DNA of 64,000 nt, taken from the NCBI RefSeq assembly GCF_018350175.1, contig NC_058373.1, forward strand, positions 105,960,001-106,024,000, read 5' to 3'. Position numbers and translations under genes: made by a program. The DNA comes from Felis catus. Taxonomy: Eukaryota. The notes under the pieces are model-generated. The model ran no database searches. It saw nothing but the letters and a program-made list of their open reading frames with translations, and was not told where the DNA came from. Below are positions 52,114-63,606 of the stretch, piece after piece. The first letter of the stretch is position 1. Each line of letters starts with the position of its first letter.

Positions 52114-52333
52114 AGTTTAGTCACTTCAAGAAATAGAACAGAAATCCGCCATGGCCCCAAGGAAGAGAGGTGGACGGGGGATTTCATTCATCTTTTGCTG
52201 TTTCCGAAATAATGATCACCCGGAAATCACCTATCGGCTGCGAAACGATAGCAACTTTGCGCTTCAGACCATGGAGCCAGCATTACCCATGCCCCCTGTG
52301 GAGGAGCTGGATGTCATGTTCACTGAACTTGTG
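52114..52333 (+). other. DAAM1: DAAM1 exon (220 nt; 37 nt 5'UTR + 183 nt CDS)
   Basis: Acceptor tcttgtttttgCAG ends at 52113, branch-point-like ctttaAc at 52084-52090, donor GTGAGT at 52334-52339. Confidence 0.9.
52151..52333 (+). CDS. DAAM1: DAAM1 first coding exon, CDS part (aa 1-61; N-terminus leading into the GTPase-binding domain of the formin)
   Basis: Translation MAPRKRGGRGISFIFCCFRNNDHPEITYRLRNDSNFALQTMEPALPMPPVEELDVMFTELV matches the mammalian DAAM1 N-terminus as I recall it. Kozak context is ccgccATGG, with an in-frame upstream TAG at 52118-52120. Similarity ends exactly at the GTG|GTGAGT donor (183 nt, phase 0). Confidence 0.97.
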
Positions 52334-52339
52334 GTGAGT
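52331..52339 (+). promoter_or_regulatory. 5' splice donor GTG|GTGAGT
   Basis: Strong donor match at the codon boundary where DAAM1 similarity stops. Confidence 0.92.
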
Positions 52340-53879
52340 CTCCAGCTTGCTTCCTGCCGGTGGTTGGGAGCCAGGAGGAAGAGGAGAGGGTGTGCCTGGT
52401 TTCGTTTGGTTAGCCATGGGCTCGCCCTTCTTCGGTGCAATGACCCCTTTGTATTGGCACCCCAGCTGTGGGCACTGAGCCTCTGGAGGAAGAGAAAGAA
52501 GAAGGTAGCTTTACTACATCAGAGGGCTTTGCTTTAAGTGAAGGGATTTAAGCCCTTAGATCTTCGAATATGTGGCCGAATCACATCCCAAGTTGCTTCT
52601 CCTGTTCCCCCCATCCCAGCGTGAGTCTATACCCGTGTCCTCTGCCTCACAGCCCCCCAATTCTCTAATGCTTTCTCCACCCCTGCTCTCAGTGTGCTGT
52701 ATGAATGTCTTCTTAACAGGTAGTCCTACTCCTCTTCCTGTCCCAGATCCTTTGATGAAAGCCATTATTACTTAAGGCAGTTAATTATTTAGCCTAATGA
52801 TCAGACTGTAGTAATAAGTGTTGTGGGAAGCTTTTCATGGATCCTGTCATATTTTAGAATCCACTGTACTGAAGTGAGAGAGATATCTGGTGTAGGACCT
52901 CTTCTCAAAAGATGTAAGTGATCTCTTCAGCTTAGCTTTTTAGGTACCTCTGAAGTAGTGTTTATTTCCATTCCATGTTACAGAGGTATATTATGGCATA
53001 GTTCAAAGAGTCCTGGCATGTGGATTAGGAAGACGTTGGTTCAAGTTACTATTCTGACTTTATTATCTGTGTAAGTATGGAAGAAGCATATGAGCCTGTT
53101 TTCTGGAAAGTGAGAAAAAAAAATAAGTCCTCCTTCTAGTGTGATGTAGTGTCGAAGTGAGAGTAATACATAGTGGGAATGGCTCAGTGCCTGGCCCTCA
53201 TTGGGTGCTCAATAAATGTTACATGAGTACTCTATCCTCCCTCGATCATTGCCGGCATTTTGTAATGGAGTTAGTTCTAATCAGACGAATCAGACCATTT
53301 GTATCATTCAACAGATACTCGAGAGTGCTATCATTTTGCATGACTCTTAGGTCAGAAAGTAATGTAGGCTGTGTTATTGCCCTCCAGGGGTAATATCTGA
53401 AGCGATCAGGCCACTCCAGCTCTTCCAGACCAGAATTTACCTATAGGCTTTCCCTATAAAATAAGCCAATATGAGAGTATTACCAAGCCTGTTACCAACC
53501 AGAATTGGTTGGGAAAAAGAAGAGATGGCTGTTGGCAGCATGTTTGTGTTTTACGATGTTGATGAATATTTTTGGTGTTTAAGGAATCTCTCCCCTCTCC
53601 CACCTCTGCATGCAGAGATTATGTTCTAGGTATTAATGGGGAGGTTTGAAGTGGGAAACTAGAACCTTCTCTGAAACAGCTGACAGTTTCAGTAGCAAAA
53701 GGTGATTGATAAAAAAGTACAATGCCACTAGAGGAAGAAGCACAACCCACCTCTGCATGGCGTGTAGATGTGTTGTGAGGTATAGGACAGTGATGAGGAG
53801 GGTGGTCAAGGAAGACGTTCTGGAGGATGTGAGCTGTGAGTGATTGAAGATAAGAAGGGAAGTGGTGGGGATCGGTGTC

Positions 53880-54285
53880 AATGGCTGTCTCAGTCATCTC
53901 AGCTAGTTCATGCTGTGACAGTTACAAACTACAACAGCTTATCCCTTGCTAATGCTGCATGTCCCTTGTGGGTCAGGTGTGGTTTTGTTCCTCACCATCT
54001 TTCATCCAAGACCCAGGCCTGATGGAAGAGTAAGGAGGGACATGGCAAACTGCTAGTAGGCTCTAAGCTTATGCTTGGAAATGGCATGTGGCACTTCTGC
54101 CCACATTTCTTTAGCAGGTGAAAATCACGTAGCCACTCCTGAGATCACAGGGGAAGGATGAATCATCCTTCTGTAGAGACTGGCACCACAAGTCGCATGG
54201 ACGATCCTGAGGTCACTGGGGCAGTGGAGGACATACAATCCTCTTCCAGGGAGAGGCAGTGAATCATCTACCATGATGGCTATCA
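53880..54285. mobile_element. MaLR (MLT1-like) LTR relic
   Basis: gctgtgacagttacaaact..., ggaaatggcatgtggcacttctgcccacatttc...aaatcacgtagccactcc. Confidence 0.6.
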
Positions 54286-54340
54286 GGAAGGACAATAATG
54301 TATTCACGGGCTTGGTTTTATTTCCCACGTAAAGTTATTT

Positions 54341-54462
54341 TATAACCCAGTATGTGATCTATCTTGGGGAATGTTCCACGTGCACTCGAGAAGAATGTGT
54401 ATTTTGCTGCTTTTGGATGAGAAGTTCTGAATGTTATCTGTCAAGTCCATCTGGTCCAGTGT
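54341..54462 (-). mobile_element. Isolated L1 ORF2 endonuclease-region fragment (~120 bp)
   Basis: Minus strand reads TLDQMDLTD..., then resembles FHPKAAEYTFFSSAHGTFSRIDH-type L1 EN sequence after a frameshift. Confidence 0.8.
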
Positions 54463-55689
54463 ATCCCATTTAAAGTATTTGAAAACACAAAGCCCACCTA
54501 AGGAGATAGATGTTGCTGATAGATGAGGGCCCACTTGGTGGTAGTTGGAACTGGTGGGCAGAGTTAGTACCCTCACAGCCTCTACATCCACTGTCTTTTC
54601 AATTGTGCTCTATCAGACTCCCCAGATGAGACCTAAGCCAGAGCCTGTGTGGTGGCAGCTCCATGTACATCTTGAAGGCAGCTCATTGTTCTGTATTCAT
54701 AAGGGAGAAAATTCCACTCCTCTGCCTTATTGATGTCTTTATTCTGTGTGGAAATTGCCTACAGCTGTTAGTTGTTAAAAAGCCAATGCCAAACCAGAAC
54801 TTTAAGCCGAAACCATTGGAAAACAAATTATATTGAGGTTTGTATCTGTCCCGGTGAGTGACGGATGGATTTCTGTCCACTCCTTACTTCAGGGACTTAG
54901 ACCACAAACCCATCCAATGGCCAGGGGTGTGCTGGGGCAAGAGAGGTGGGCTCAGAGCCATGGGAAACCTCTGTGGGTTCTCTTGAGTGTTCGCAGAAGC
55001 GCTTCTGCCTCTGCCCGTGCACAGGATAGGGAGGCCAGGTGGGGAACGGGAGCGGGCTTGGCCTGTGGAGTCAGACTGCTCTGCAACCCGGGGTGACTGC
55101 CTTTAAGACGGTTTCTATTGGAATTTAAGTTTATTGCCTTGCCTATACAATGGGGACAATACCGTCTCTGTGATAGGATTGGTATAAAGAAGATAACTTC
55201 TTCAAAAAGGGGGGCACCTCTTAGGTGCTTTATAACCCACATCCTAGTGCAATGAGAAGCATGGGAGATAAGTATTTCCTGGGCACAACACCCTAAGCAC
55301 ATATCCCAGGTTTTTCCTTTTCTTGAAAGCTAATCTGCCCGCTGTGAGTGAGCCAGCGTGGGTCCTAACTTGCAGGGCATTTTACCTCTGTATCTGTTGG
55401 AAAGCATCTCATCACAGCCGGTTGGTGTCAGCTAGTTTCCTTGGCCTCTTCTGATGACACACTCATTTAATGTTTTTAAATGAGTGGTACCAAATAGGTT
55501 GCCTTCAGAATTGCTGGCTGCAACCTTATCATCTCATAAATAAAGCAAGCCTGAGCGGGAGGTCAGCCACGGGAATCTGTAAGGAGGGTGGGCCGTGAGG
55601 AGTGCCTGCCATAGGCAATGGAACCAGACTCGTTCCAATTTCAGGATGTAGTGGTTCCTGGGGGTCCCAGTCCAAAACCCTGCCTATTT

Positions 55690-56380
55690 TTTTTTCCCTA
55701 ACAGCTTTATTGAGATGTAAGTCACAGACTGTAATCCACCTATTTACAGTGTACAGCTCAATGGCTTTTAGTTGTGCAAGCATCACCATAATAAATTTTA
55801 GCATGTTTTCATGACCTCCAAAAGTAACTCCCTTACCCATTAACTGTCACTTCTCATTTCTCCCCAGCTCACCATCCCCTGGCTACCTCTAATCTACTCC
55901 TGTTTCTGTGAATTTGTCTATTCTGGGTATTTCATAAAAATGGAATCGTGTAATATGTGGTCCTTTGTGACCGGCTTCTTTCACTTACCGTAATCTTTTC
56001 AGTGTATCCATGTTGCAGCATGTTTCGATACTTCTTTTCCTTCTATGGTTGAATAATACTCCACTGTATGGACATACCACATTCTGTTTCTCCATTCATC
56101 ATTGACAGACATTTGGATTGTTGCCAGTCTTCAGCTATTATGAATAATGCCACTGTAAACTTCATTCATACCCAAGTTTTTGCGTGGAAATACATTTTCA
56201 GTTCGCACGGGTGCAGACCTAGGAGTGGAATTTCTGGGCCATATGCTAACACAATGCTTAAATTTTTAGGAATTGCCAGACTGTTTTCCAAAGTGTCTGC
56301 ACCATTTTACATTCCCACCTGCAGTGTGTGAGGGTTCCAGTTTGACCCTATCTCTGCCGACACTTGTTATTACTTCCTAC
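55690..56380 (-). mobile_element. Old L1 (L1MB-like) 3' fragment
   Basis: acagctttattgagatgtaa..., ggtcctttgtgaccggcttctttcactta, accattttacattcccacctgcagtg. Confidence 0.88.
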
Positions 56381-59300
56381 CGATTGACCTGCTGCTTCTA
56401 AAGCTGTTCGATGGCTCCTGGAGAACTGAGAACATGTAACTTGGGAATTTTTTAACTATCTAATTAATTTATTTTTGTGAGTTGTCACACAGAAATAGTC
56501 TCTATGCTAACAATTTTAACTGATTTGTGTTAAAATTGAGTTGAGAGTTTGTGTAATCTCTGCCAACTCTGTATTTTATGCCTTTCGAGCATCAATCCTT
56601 TTTTTCCTGTATTACCTCCCCCACCTCCTCTCCCCACTTTTTCTGCTTTGTCCTTTGCTTCAGCCACACATCGTGAGCATAACCAACCCAAGAGTCAACA
56701 CTGTTCCCATAAAATAAGATTCAGCTATAGTCTTGCCTTTTCTACAGGCTTCTAAAGGTCTTAGATTGTCTTTGCTGACCTATTTGAAGACCCGTAGGCA
56801 TCATGAATCTGTAAGTTGTCCTTATTCAGATAACTTTTTCATCTCAATGTTAGGAAATAGAAGATTTCCTCTGGGATGAATAAAAGGATGTGTCACTAAT
56901 TGACTGGTCAGTTCTTTCAGGGTGTGTGCGTGTGATGAGGGGCTGCTGTGTGTCCTGAGATAACTGGTGAGCAAAGCAGCCATGGTTGTTAATGAATTTA
57001 TGGGACCGAAGGTGTAGCGGGGAAATAGGCAAATACACACACAATCTTATCCAGTGTGCCCCAGGATTATGAGGGGCTCTTCCAGCAGTATATATTGTTG
57101 GGGAAGAATGTTCATTTGCCTTTTTTCACAAGAAGGGAGTTGTACTCACAGGTTCCATATCTATAAACCTAGCTCTCTTGCCCAGTAATTCCTAGCTTCT
57201 CTTCCAAGTCCTCATGGGAATATGCATCCCTCAGTCCCTTTCTCTGTCGATTTCTCTGTCAATCAACCAGCTTTCAGGAAACACGTTTTGTGGCCCGTGG
57301 TACTATAAATTTCCTAGCAGCGAGCTCCCCTTGGGGAGTTCTACAGTTGTCCAGCTGACCCTACCACTGGTAGGTGAGTGTCTAATTCAGCCTTGAAATC
57401 TCAGCAAGGCCACTTGTCCTCAGGTGAAAATTGAGTTCTCCAACTCAGCTTACGTGAGTGAGAAAGAAGGTACATATTTTGATTTCCATTTGCTCGACTC
57501 CTTAGCTTAGCTGTCAAGTTAATAACAAACTTGCTAGATTCTAAACCCCACAGTTTCCTAACTTAGTGTGGAAGGGTCTTGGAAGGCTTTGTGGGAGAGG
57601 TTTCATTTAATGTTAAGACATGAAAATCTAGTAGGAATATCAGGGCAAAGAGGAGAGATTGTTACAGACCTTGAGAACAGCACAGTAGGGGGCCGGGAGG
57701 TGAGAGAAAGTGTGGAAGGCTCAAAGAACAGAAAGCTCAGTGTAGATGGAACATGAAATAGGAAGCCGGGAGGACTGGGGCTTCTGAGAAGCGGTTCTGG
57801 AAAAGGGGATGGGGACGGTTGTGTTATTGATTTAATTCTATATCTCAGATTCTTATTTGAATGAGAGGAAGGTGCCTCTGCTTTTTTACAGGTTTTCTCA
57901 GCAAACCAAATATAATAAAACCTTGGTTTGCCAGCATAATTCGTTCCAGAAGCATGCTTGCAATCCAGAGCAGTTGTATATCAAAGCGAATTTCCCCATA
58001 AGGAATAATGGAAACTCAATGCTGTAATATAGTAACAAAATAATAAAATAAAAAATATAAAGAAAAATAAACAAATTAACCTGCACTTTCCTTTGAAAAC
58101 CTTCATGGTTGTGTGAGGGAGACCAGAGAGAGGAGGGTACTGTGTAGGAATCACTGCTGTCTTTTGGCTCCATGGAGTCTTTTTCTGCATGGGGGCCATT
58201 GTATATGCTCGTACGGATGTTGACTACAGTATTAATAAACTCTGTCATATACTGTATTTAATGTAACTGGCAATAAGGCAGCAGAGGAAATGGTCTATAT
58301 CTGCAGGCAGCCTGACCTAGAATGAAGCAAAGCATTCCTAAGCTTACTCTTGGATGGAAAAGCAGGGGACTGACCCTAGGTGCTTTGAAGTATCAAAAAA
58401 TAGTGCCAGTTGCGGGCACCTTCCAATGTTCTGAAAAATCATTGATTTCTGCCAAACACCTCAACCTGAGACCAAGCATCTGAGAAGGGGAGACGATCAC
58501 CCAAAATCCTGCAGAGAGAGAGAGAGAGAGAGAATAACCATTGGCTCAGTTGTGATCATGTGATATTCGGTGTCACCTACTACTCCTGTTGCAAGACATC
58601 GCTCGTTTATCAAGTTAAAATTTATTAGAAACATTTGCTTGTCTTGCGGAACACTTGTAGAGCAAGTTACTTGCAATCCGGGGTTTTACTGTGTATGAAA
58701 GTACGGCAAAATATATTGCTACTTGATTACATTTACAAAAATGACCATTGTTCTTTGCAGTCTCTGTGAAGTGTTGGTAAGTTAAGAAAAAGGTTTCATG
58801 TCTTCTTGAATAGATTCTGAGTACGTTTTCATTTGAGTCCACTTGTTGATGAGATGCTATCTTGCTGTAACACATACCTCCTCAGGGCACTTTAATTTTG
58901 AAATAAAAAGGAAATAGAGAATTACTAGGAGCCCCCCCTTCCTGCTTTCTGCCCTTCTACCCAGTGCATAGACTCCTGCATCCACCTGGAATTGATGGGC
59001 TAAGTGTTCCCTGCAGAATATTCCACAGCAGCAGTGATACTGGAATTGGTATCTCCTAACGAGTTCCCTCAGCCCTCTTGCCTTGTGAAATGTGCAAAAT
59101 AGCGCTGGGTGAGATTTTAGGTGAGAAACCAGGTTTAAGACAAGGCTGGCTATTATTTTTGAAGTGTTTTGCACTAAATCTCCACTCTTCTAGTACACAC
59201 ACTGTTTTGTGTATTTGGAATCAGTTTCATAGATTGATTAGAGGAAAACTTTCATTTCTAACACAGTGCATCACTATGAATTTATGGCTGGTTGGAAATA

Positions 59301-60131
59301 ATATGCAGTATGGACCCAAGTTTTCCTAAATCTGAAATATGACCAATTACATTTTACACTGTTTTCTGGTTAATCTGTTTTCTTTTGAATCCATTGCTTA
59401 GTGTCCCATTTATTTGGCCAATGGGTCTAATATTTTAGGATAATAAACTATAGAGTGCTGTGCCTTCCAGGAAATGTAGCATATTTTAAAGAAACTTATT
59501 AAGAAAATCATTATTGATCATAGAACAACTATTTATACCACTGAGGATTACCAGTGAAAGTTAAATCTCAATGGGGAATGTGGTGATCATGGATACCATA
59601 GGTTGATGGGATTTGTATCCTCATAAGTGTAATTATAATGTCAATTACTTACTATAGGTAAGTTTTATTACTGCTAATTACTGAGGACATTAGTAGCCAA
59701 CGTAGGATATGAGAAATAACGATAGCAGGAATGGGAGAATTTAGTTGGTGTATCAGAGTCAGATGAATTCATGGTCAAGTTAAGCTGTGCCAAGTGAATT
59801 CACCTGGGAATTTACATCAGTAATCTCTTCATTTTTCAATATATTCTGAAGTCATTTTGGTATGAAAGGAGCTACAGGAATCCAAAGTTGTCTTACAGAC
59901 TTAGCAGTATACAAATTTTGTTCTTCCCCTAGCTACGTGAATTGTTACTCATCTCCCACAGGCTGCCAACATAATTTCTTTTATTACTAGGACTGTCTTA
60001 AGCTCTTTTTAATAAAAATTCTTCCACTATCACTACAATTGATGAAAAGTTTCAACACTTTTTATCTCTTTGTTTTTTAAACTCACCATTTACACTGAAG
60101 GCCATGACTAAGAATAGAAAGTTTCTTACAG

Positions 60132-60739
60132 AGGGAACCTGGGTGGCTCATTTGGTTAAGTGTCCGACTTCGGTTCAGGTCATGATCTCATGGTTCGTTG
60201 GTGCGAGCCCCACATCAGGCTCCGTGCTGACAGCTCAGAGCCTGGAGCGTGCTTCAGATTCTGTCTGTCTCTGTCTCTGCCCCTCCCTGGCTCGCTCGCT
60301 CTCTCTCTCTCCCTCTCTCTTCCTTTCTCTCCCTCTCTCTTCCTCTCTCTCCCTCTCTCTCCCTCTCTCTCCCTCTCTCTCCCTCTCTCTCCCTCTCTCT
60401 CCCTCTCTCTCCCTCTCTCTCCCTCTCTCTCCCTCTCTCTCCCTCTCTCTCCCTCTCTCTCCCTCTCTCTCCCTCTCTCTCCCTCTCTCTCCCTCTCTCT
60501 CCCTCTCTCTCCCTCTCTCTCCCTCTCTCTCCCTCTCTCCCTCTCCCTCTTTCTCCCTCTCTCTCCCTCTCTCTCCCTCTCTCTCCCTCTCCCTCTTTCT
60601 CCCTCTCTCTCCCTCTCCCTCTTTCTCCCTCTTTCTCCCTCTTTCTCCCTCTCTCTCCCTCTCTCTCCTTCTCTCTCCTTCTCTCTCCTTCTCTCTCCTT
60701 CTCTCTCCCTCTCTCTCCCTCTCTCCCTCCCTCCCTCCC
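60132..60739 (+). mobile_element. CAN-SINE with hugely expanded CT tract and no A tail
   Basis: Normal head at 60132-60298, then the C/T array. Possible degenerate TSD agaaagtttcttaca / agaaatttataaaca. Confidence 0.9.
60299..60739. repeat. (CTCTCTCTCC)n polypyrimidine array, ~440 bp
   Basis: Directly visible 10-mer periodicity with variants; only C/T on the + strand. Confidence 0.97.
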
Positions 60740-61197
60740 AGAAATTTATAAACAAATTATCTTGGCCCTGAGAACAACTGACAGTTTGTGACATAGGTGA
60801 TGTTAATATAGGTGGTTTTGCTTGCTTACATGTGTTGTACTTCTGAACAGAACATTGTATTCTAAGAACCAAAGAAGGATTGGTAGTAGATCTTTATCCC
60901 AGTTGACAGTCTACATTTCTTTGTGCTGCTTGGAGGCCCTGTCTGCTTAGAGATAGTAAGATGGTCAACATGGCTTCTTAAATTTCCTTCTTGTCTTCTA
61001 ATTTACTAAACAAACCCAGTGAAGCTTAAGGTAAAATTACAAAACCATTTTGCTCCTTCTGGTGCTAAATTTATGTTTTGTCTCGCCAGATTCATTCCAA
61101 ATGTCCTTTCCTATAGGCTGTTAGGTTTCGTTTTTTGACTCCATGTTAGATGCTCGGTTATAAATCAATACACTTATTTATGGGTGCTTCTAAATTT

Positions 61198-61395
61198 TTT
61201 CATTTATTTTTAACGTTTATTTATTTTGAGAGAGAGCAGGGGAGGGGCAGAGAGAGGGAGAGGGATGATCCCAAGCAGGCTCCGTGCTTTCAACGCAGAG
61301 CCCAACATAGGGCTTGATCCCATGAACCGTGAGATCATGACTTGAGTGGAAATCAAGAGTCGGATGCTTAACTGACTGAGCCACCCAGGCGCCCT
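61198..61395 (-). mobile_element. CAN-SINE (SINEC)
   Basis: 17-bp TSD tgggtgcttctaaattt (61181-61197 / 61398-61414). Confidence 0.95.
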
Positions 61396-63278
61396 TCTGG
61401 GTGCTTCTAAATTTAGATTCCAGGGATTGAAATGGGAGAGTGCGGAGAGGTGGAGGAAAGAAACATGAAAACTTTTTTTTTTTTTTAAATACAAATAATG
61501 CAAAACCATGTCTGAACTAATGATGTTAGTGAAAAAATGGTTATGAGTCCCCTTGGCCTTGATGATTTTCATTACTATGAATTGTAAAGAGACTCTGAGC
61601 AGTATATACCTACTTAGCTTTTGACTACAATTTAAAATATGATTATTTAACTTAATCCTCTGGCTACCATGTGCGAATTACACAAAGTCAACACACTGTA
61701 CTGACTTGCCAACTCTCTGTATGTCCCCAAATAAATCAATACGGGTTTTAAAGGACTGGGGGAAATAATTTCATCTCCATAAGTCATGTGGTTTAGGTAA
61801 GCTTTCAAGTGTAATTTTGAAAATGTGTTTCAGTAATGGCTAGAACAGTTTGGTAGTTTGTATAAATAACTGCACATGAGAATATATATTGTCGCATTGG
61901 GAATCATCTAAACATCATTTGCTCACATAGAACATATGTCACATGGCCTCTGAGAGGTAAATGCACAATAGGCGGATGGTGTATTTCAGTTCTAATGGTC
62001 CTCGGTCATTTTATCCGTTGTACTTGGAATCCTCCCTTCCCCCGCCTTCAATTCCCAAAATTACTCAGGAATTTCAGGCTGTTTCTTGATGCGTGTTATA
62101 GGAGCTCAGGACCAGTTACATCTTTTAGTTATGATTTTTTTGGCTTATGGATGAAGAACCATATCTATATGTATTTCTTTTTAAAATAAGATCCCTGAAA
62201 ATGCAGCATTTTTTTTTTCTCTCCTGCCCAATTTTAAATGAACCCACTGGAAACATCCTACAGCTGCTATTTATTTGATTACACAATGGGATATTTAAAA
62301 ACTAAACTAAACCAAATGAAAGCTCACTTAGAATGTATATACAGGTTGTTTTCGGGAAAGATGGGCATTTTTTGCATGTGGAAGAAAAAGTCATCAAGTC
62401 TCTTGCCATCTTTGAAATAATCAGATGCTTTGAGTTTATTCCCATATGGACACTCGTTATGTTAAATCCTCTATGGATAGACACCTTTGTACCTTCAGAG
62501 AGCAGAATGACATACAAGCATTGTATCTGGCTTTTTTTATCCTCAGGACCCCCAGAGCCTAGAGCAGGGTGTGGCCCAGAGTGGGTGCTCAGTAAATGCT
62601 TGTGGTCCAGACGAGTAATTACTGAAGGTTAATGCTTGAGATGCTCAGTAACTATTTGCATACATGCATGCATGCATATATGCATGAATTAATGACTGCT
62701 GAATCCTCCAGCAATTGGGTATGTATTCTGAATTATTCTCAAAGTAGTAGTATGGATTCGGGCTGATCCCTGCACCCTTTCTGTCCCCCATCCACCTCTT
62801 TGTCATTCTCTTTACTCATCTTCTTCATTTGGATGTCAGTTACTCTGGGAGCATGAAAGTGGCTGGCATCAACAGATTGAAAGGATATGTTGATAGGGTT
62901 TAAGAATTATTTTTTGTCCTTAATAGTCTCTATCATATATGACATGGTAAAATACATAGCTGCAGTATGGGAGAAGTGACCCTTTGTGCTAAATAACTTT
63001 TGACCCAAATAAAACTTAAAAGTGTCATCTGAGCTGCCTAAAAGTCTCTGAAGGGCATGCTGAGCAGGTGTGAGAGGGGCCTGGGCTGGCAAGAGTCATT
63101 GAGGGAGGGGGCTCGTGTGGAACTTGGTTTCACGGTTGCCCACAGGGCCTTAGGGTGCCTTTCTAGGAGCCAAAGCCCCTCCATTCGGTGAGGGAGATAC
63201 TGCTAAGAAATTCTCCCAATTAAGCCTTGTCAACAGAAGTTGTACCAGGTTATAGGTATAAAAGCTGGGTGTTTGGCT

Positions 63279-63490
63279 GGGGTGCCTGGATGGCTCGGTC
63301 TGACTTCAGCTCAGGTTATGATCTCACAGTTGGTGATTTCAAGCCCTGCGTCAGGCCTTGGGCTGACAGCTCAGAGCCTGGAGCCTGCTTCAGATTCTGT
63401 CTACCTCTCTCTCTGCCCCTCCCTCATTCACACTCTGTCTCTCTCTCTCTCTGAAAAATAAATAAACATTAAAAATATTTTTTAAAAAAA
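63279..63490 (+). mobile_element. CAN-SINE (SINEC)
   Basis: Head with small deletion, CT tract, tail. Degenerate TSD aaaagctgggtgtttgg / aaaaactggatatttgg. Confidence 0.92.
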
Positions 63491-63606
63491 CTGGATATTT
63501 GGGTGGCTGGGTCTCCCTCATTCACACTCTGTCTCTCTCTCTCTCTGAAAAATAAATAAACATTAAAAATATTTTTTAAAAAAACTGGATATTTGGGTGG
63601 CTGGGT
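63419..63606. repeat. Perfect 94-bp tandem duplication
   Basis: 63419-63512 is identical to 63513-63606 by base-by-base reading. Confidence 0.95.

Noticed and set aside
52334..52537. Continuation of the 128-aa ORF beyond codon 61 (VSLQLASCRW...)
   Set aside because: It is read-through into the intron past a strong donor, and DAAM1 similarity stops at V61. There is no evidence for an intron-retained isoform.
60104..60872. Four long ORFs (180-230 aa) rich in S/L/P or E/R/G
   Set aside because: They arise from the stop-free C/T repeat inside a SINE.
827..63461. Recurrent ORF family with QVMIS...SGSVLTAQSLEPASDSVSPSLS motifs
   Set aside because: These are translations of CAN-SINE bodies, not a protein family.
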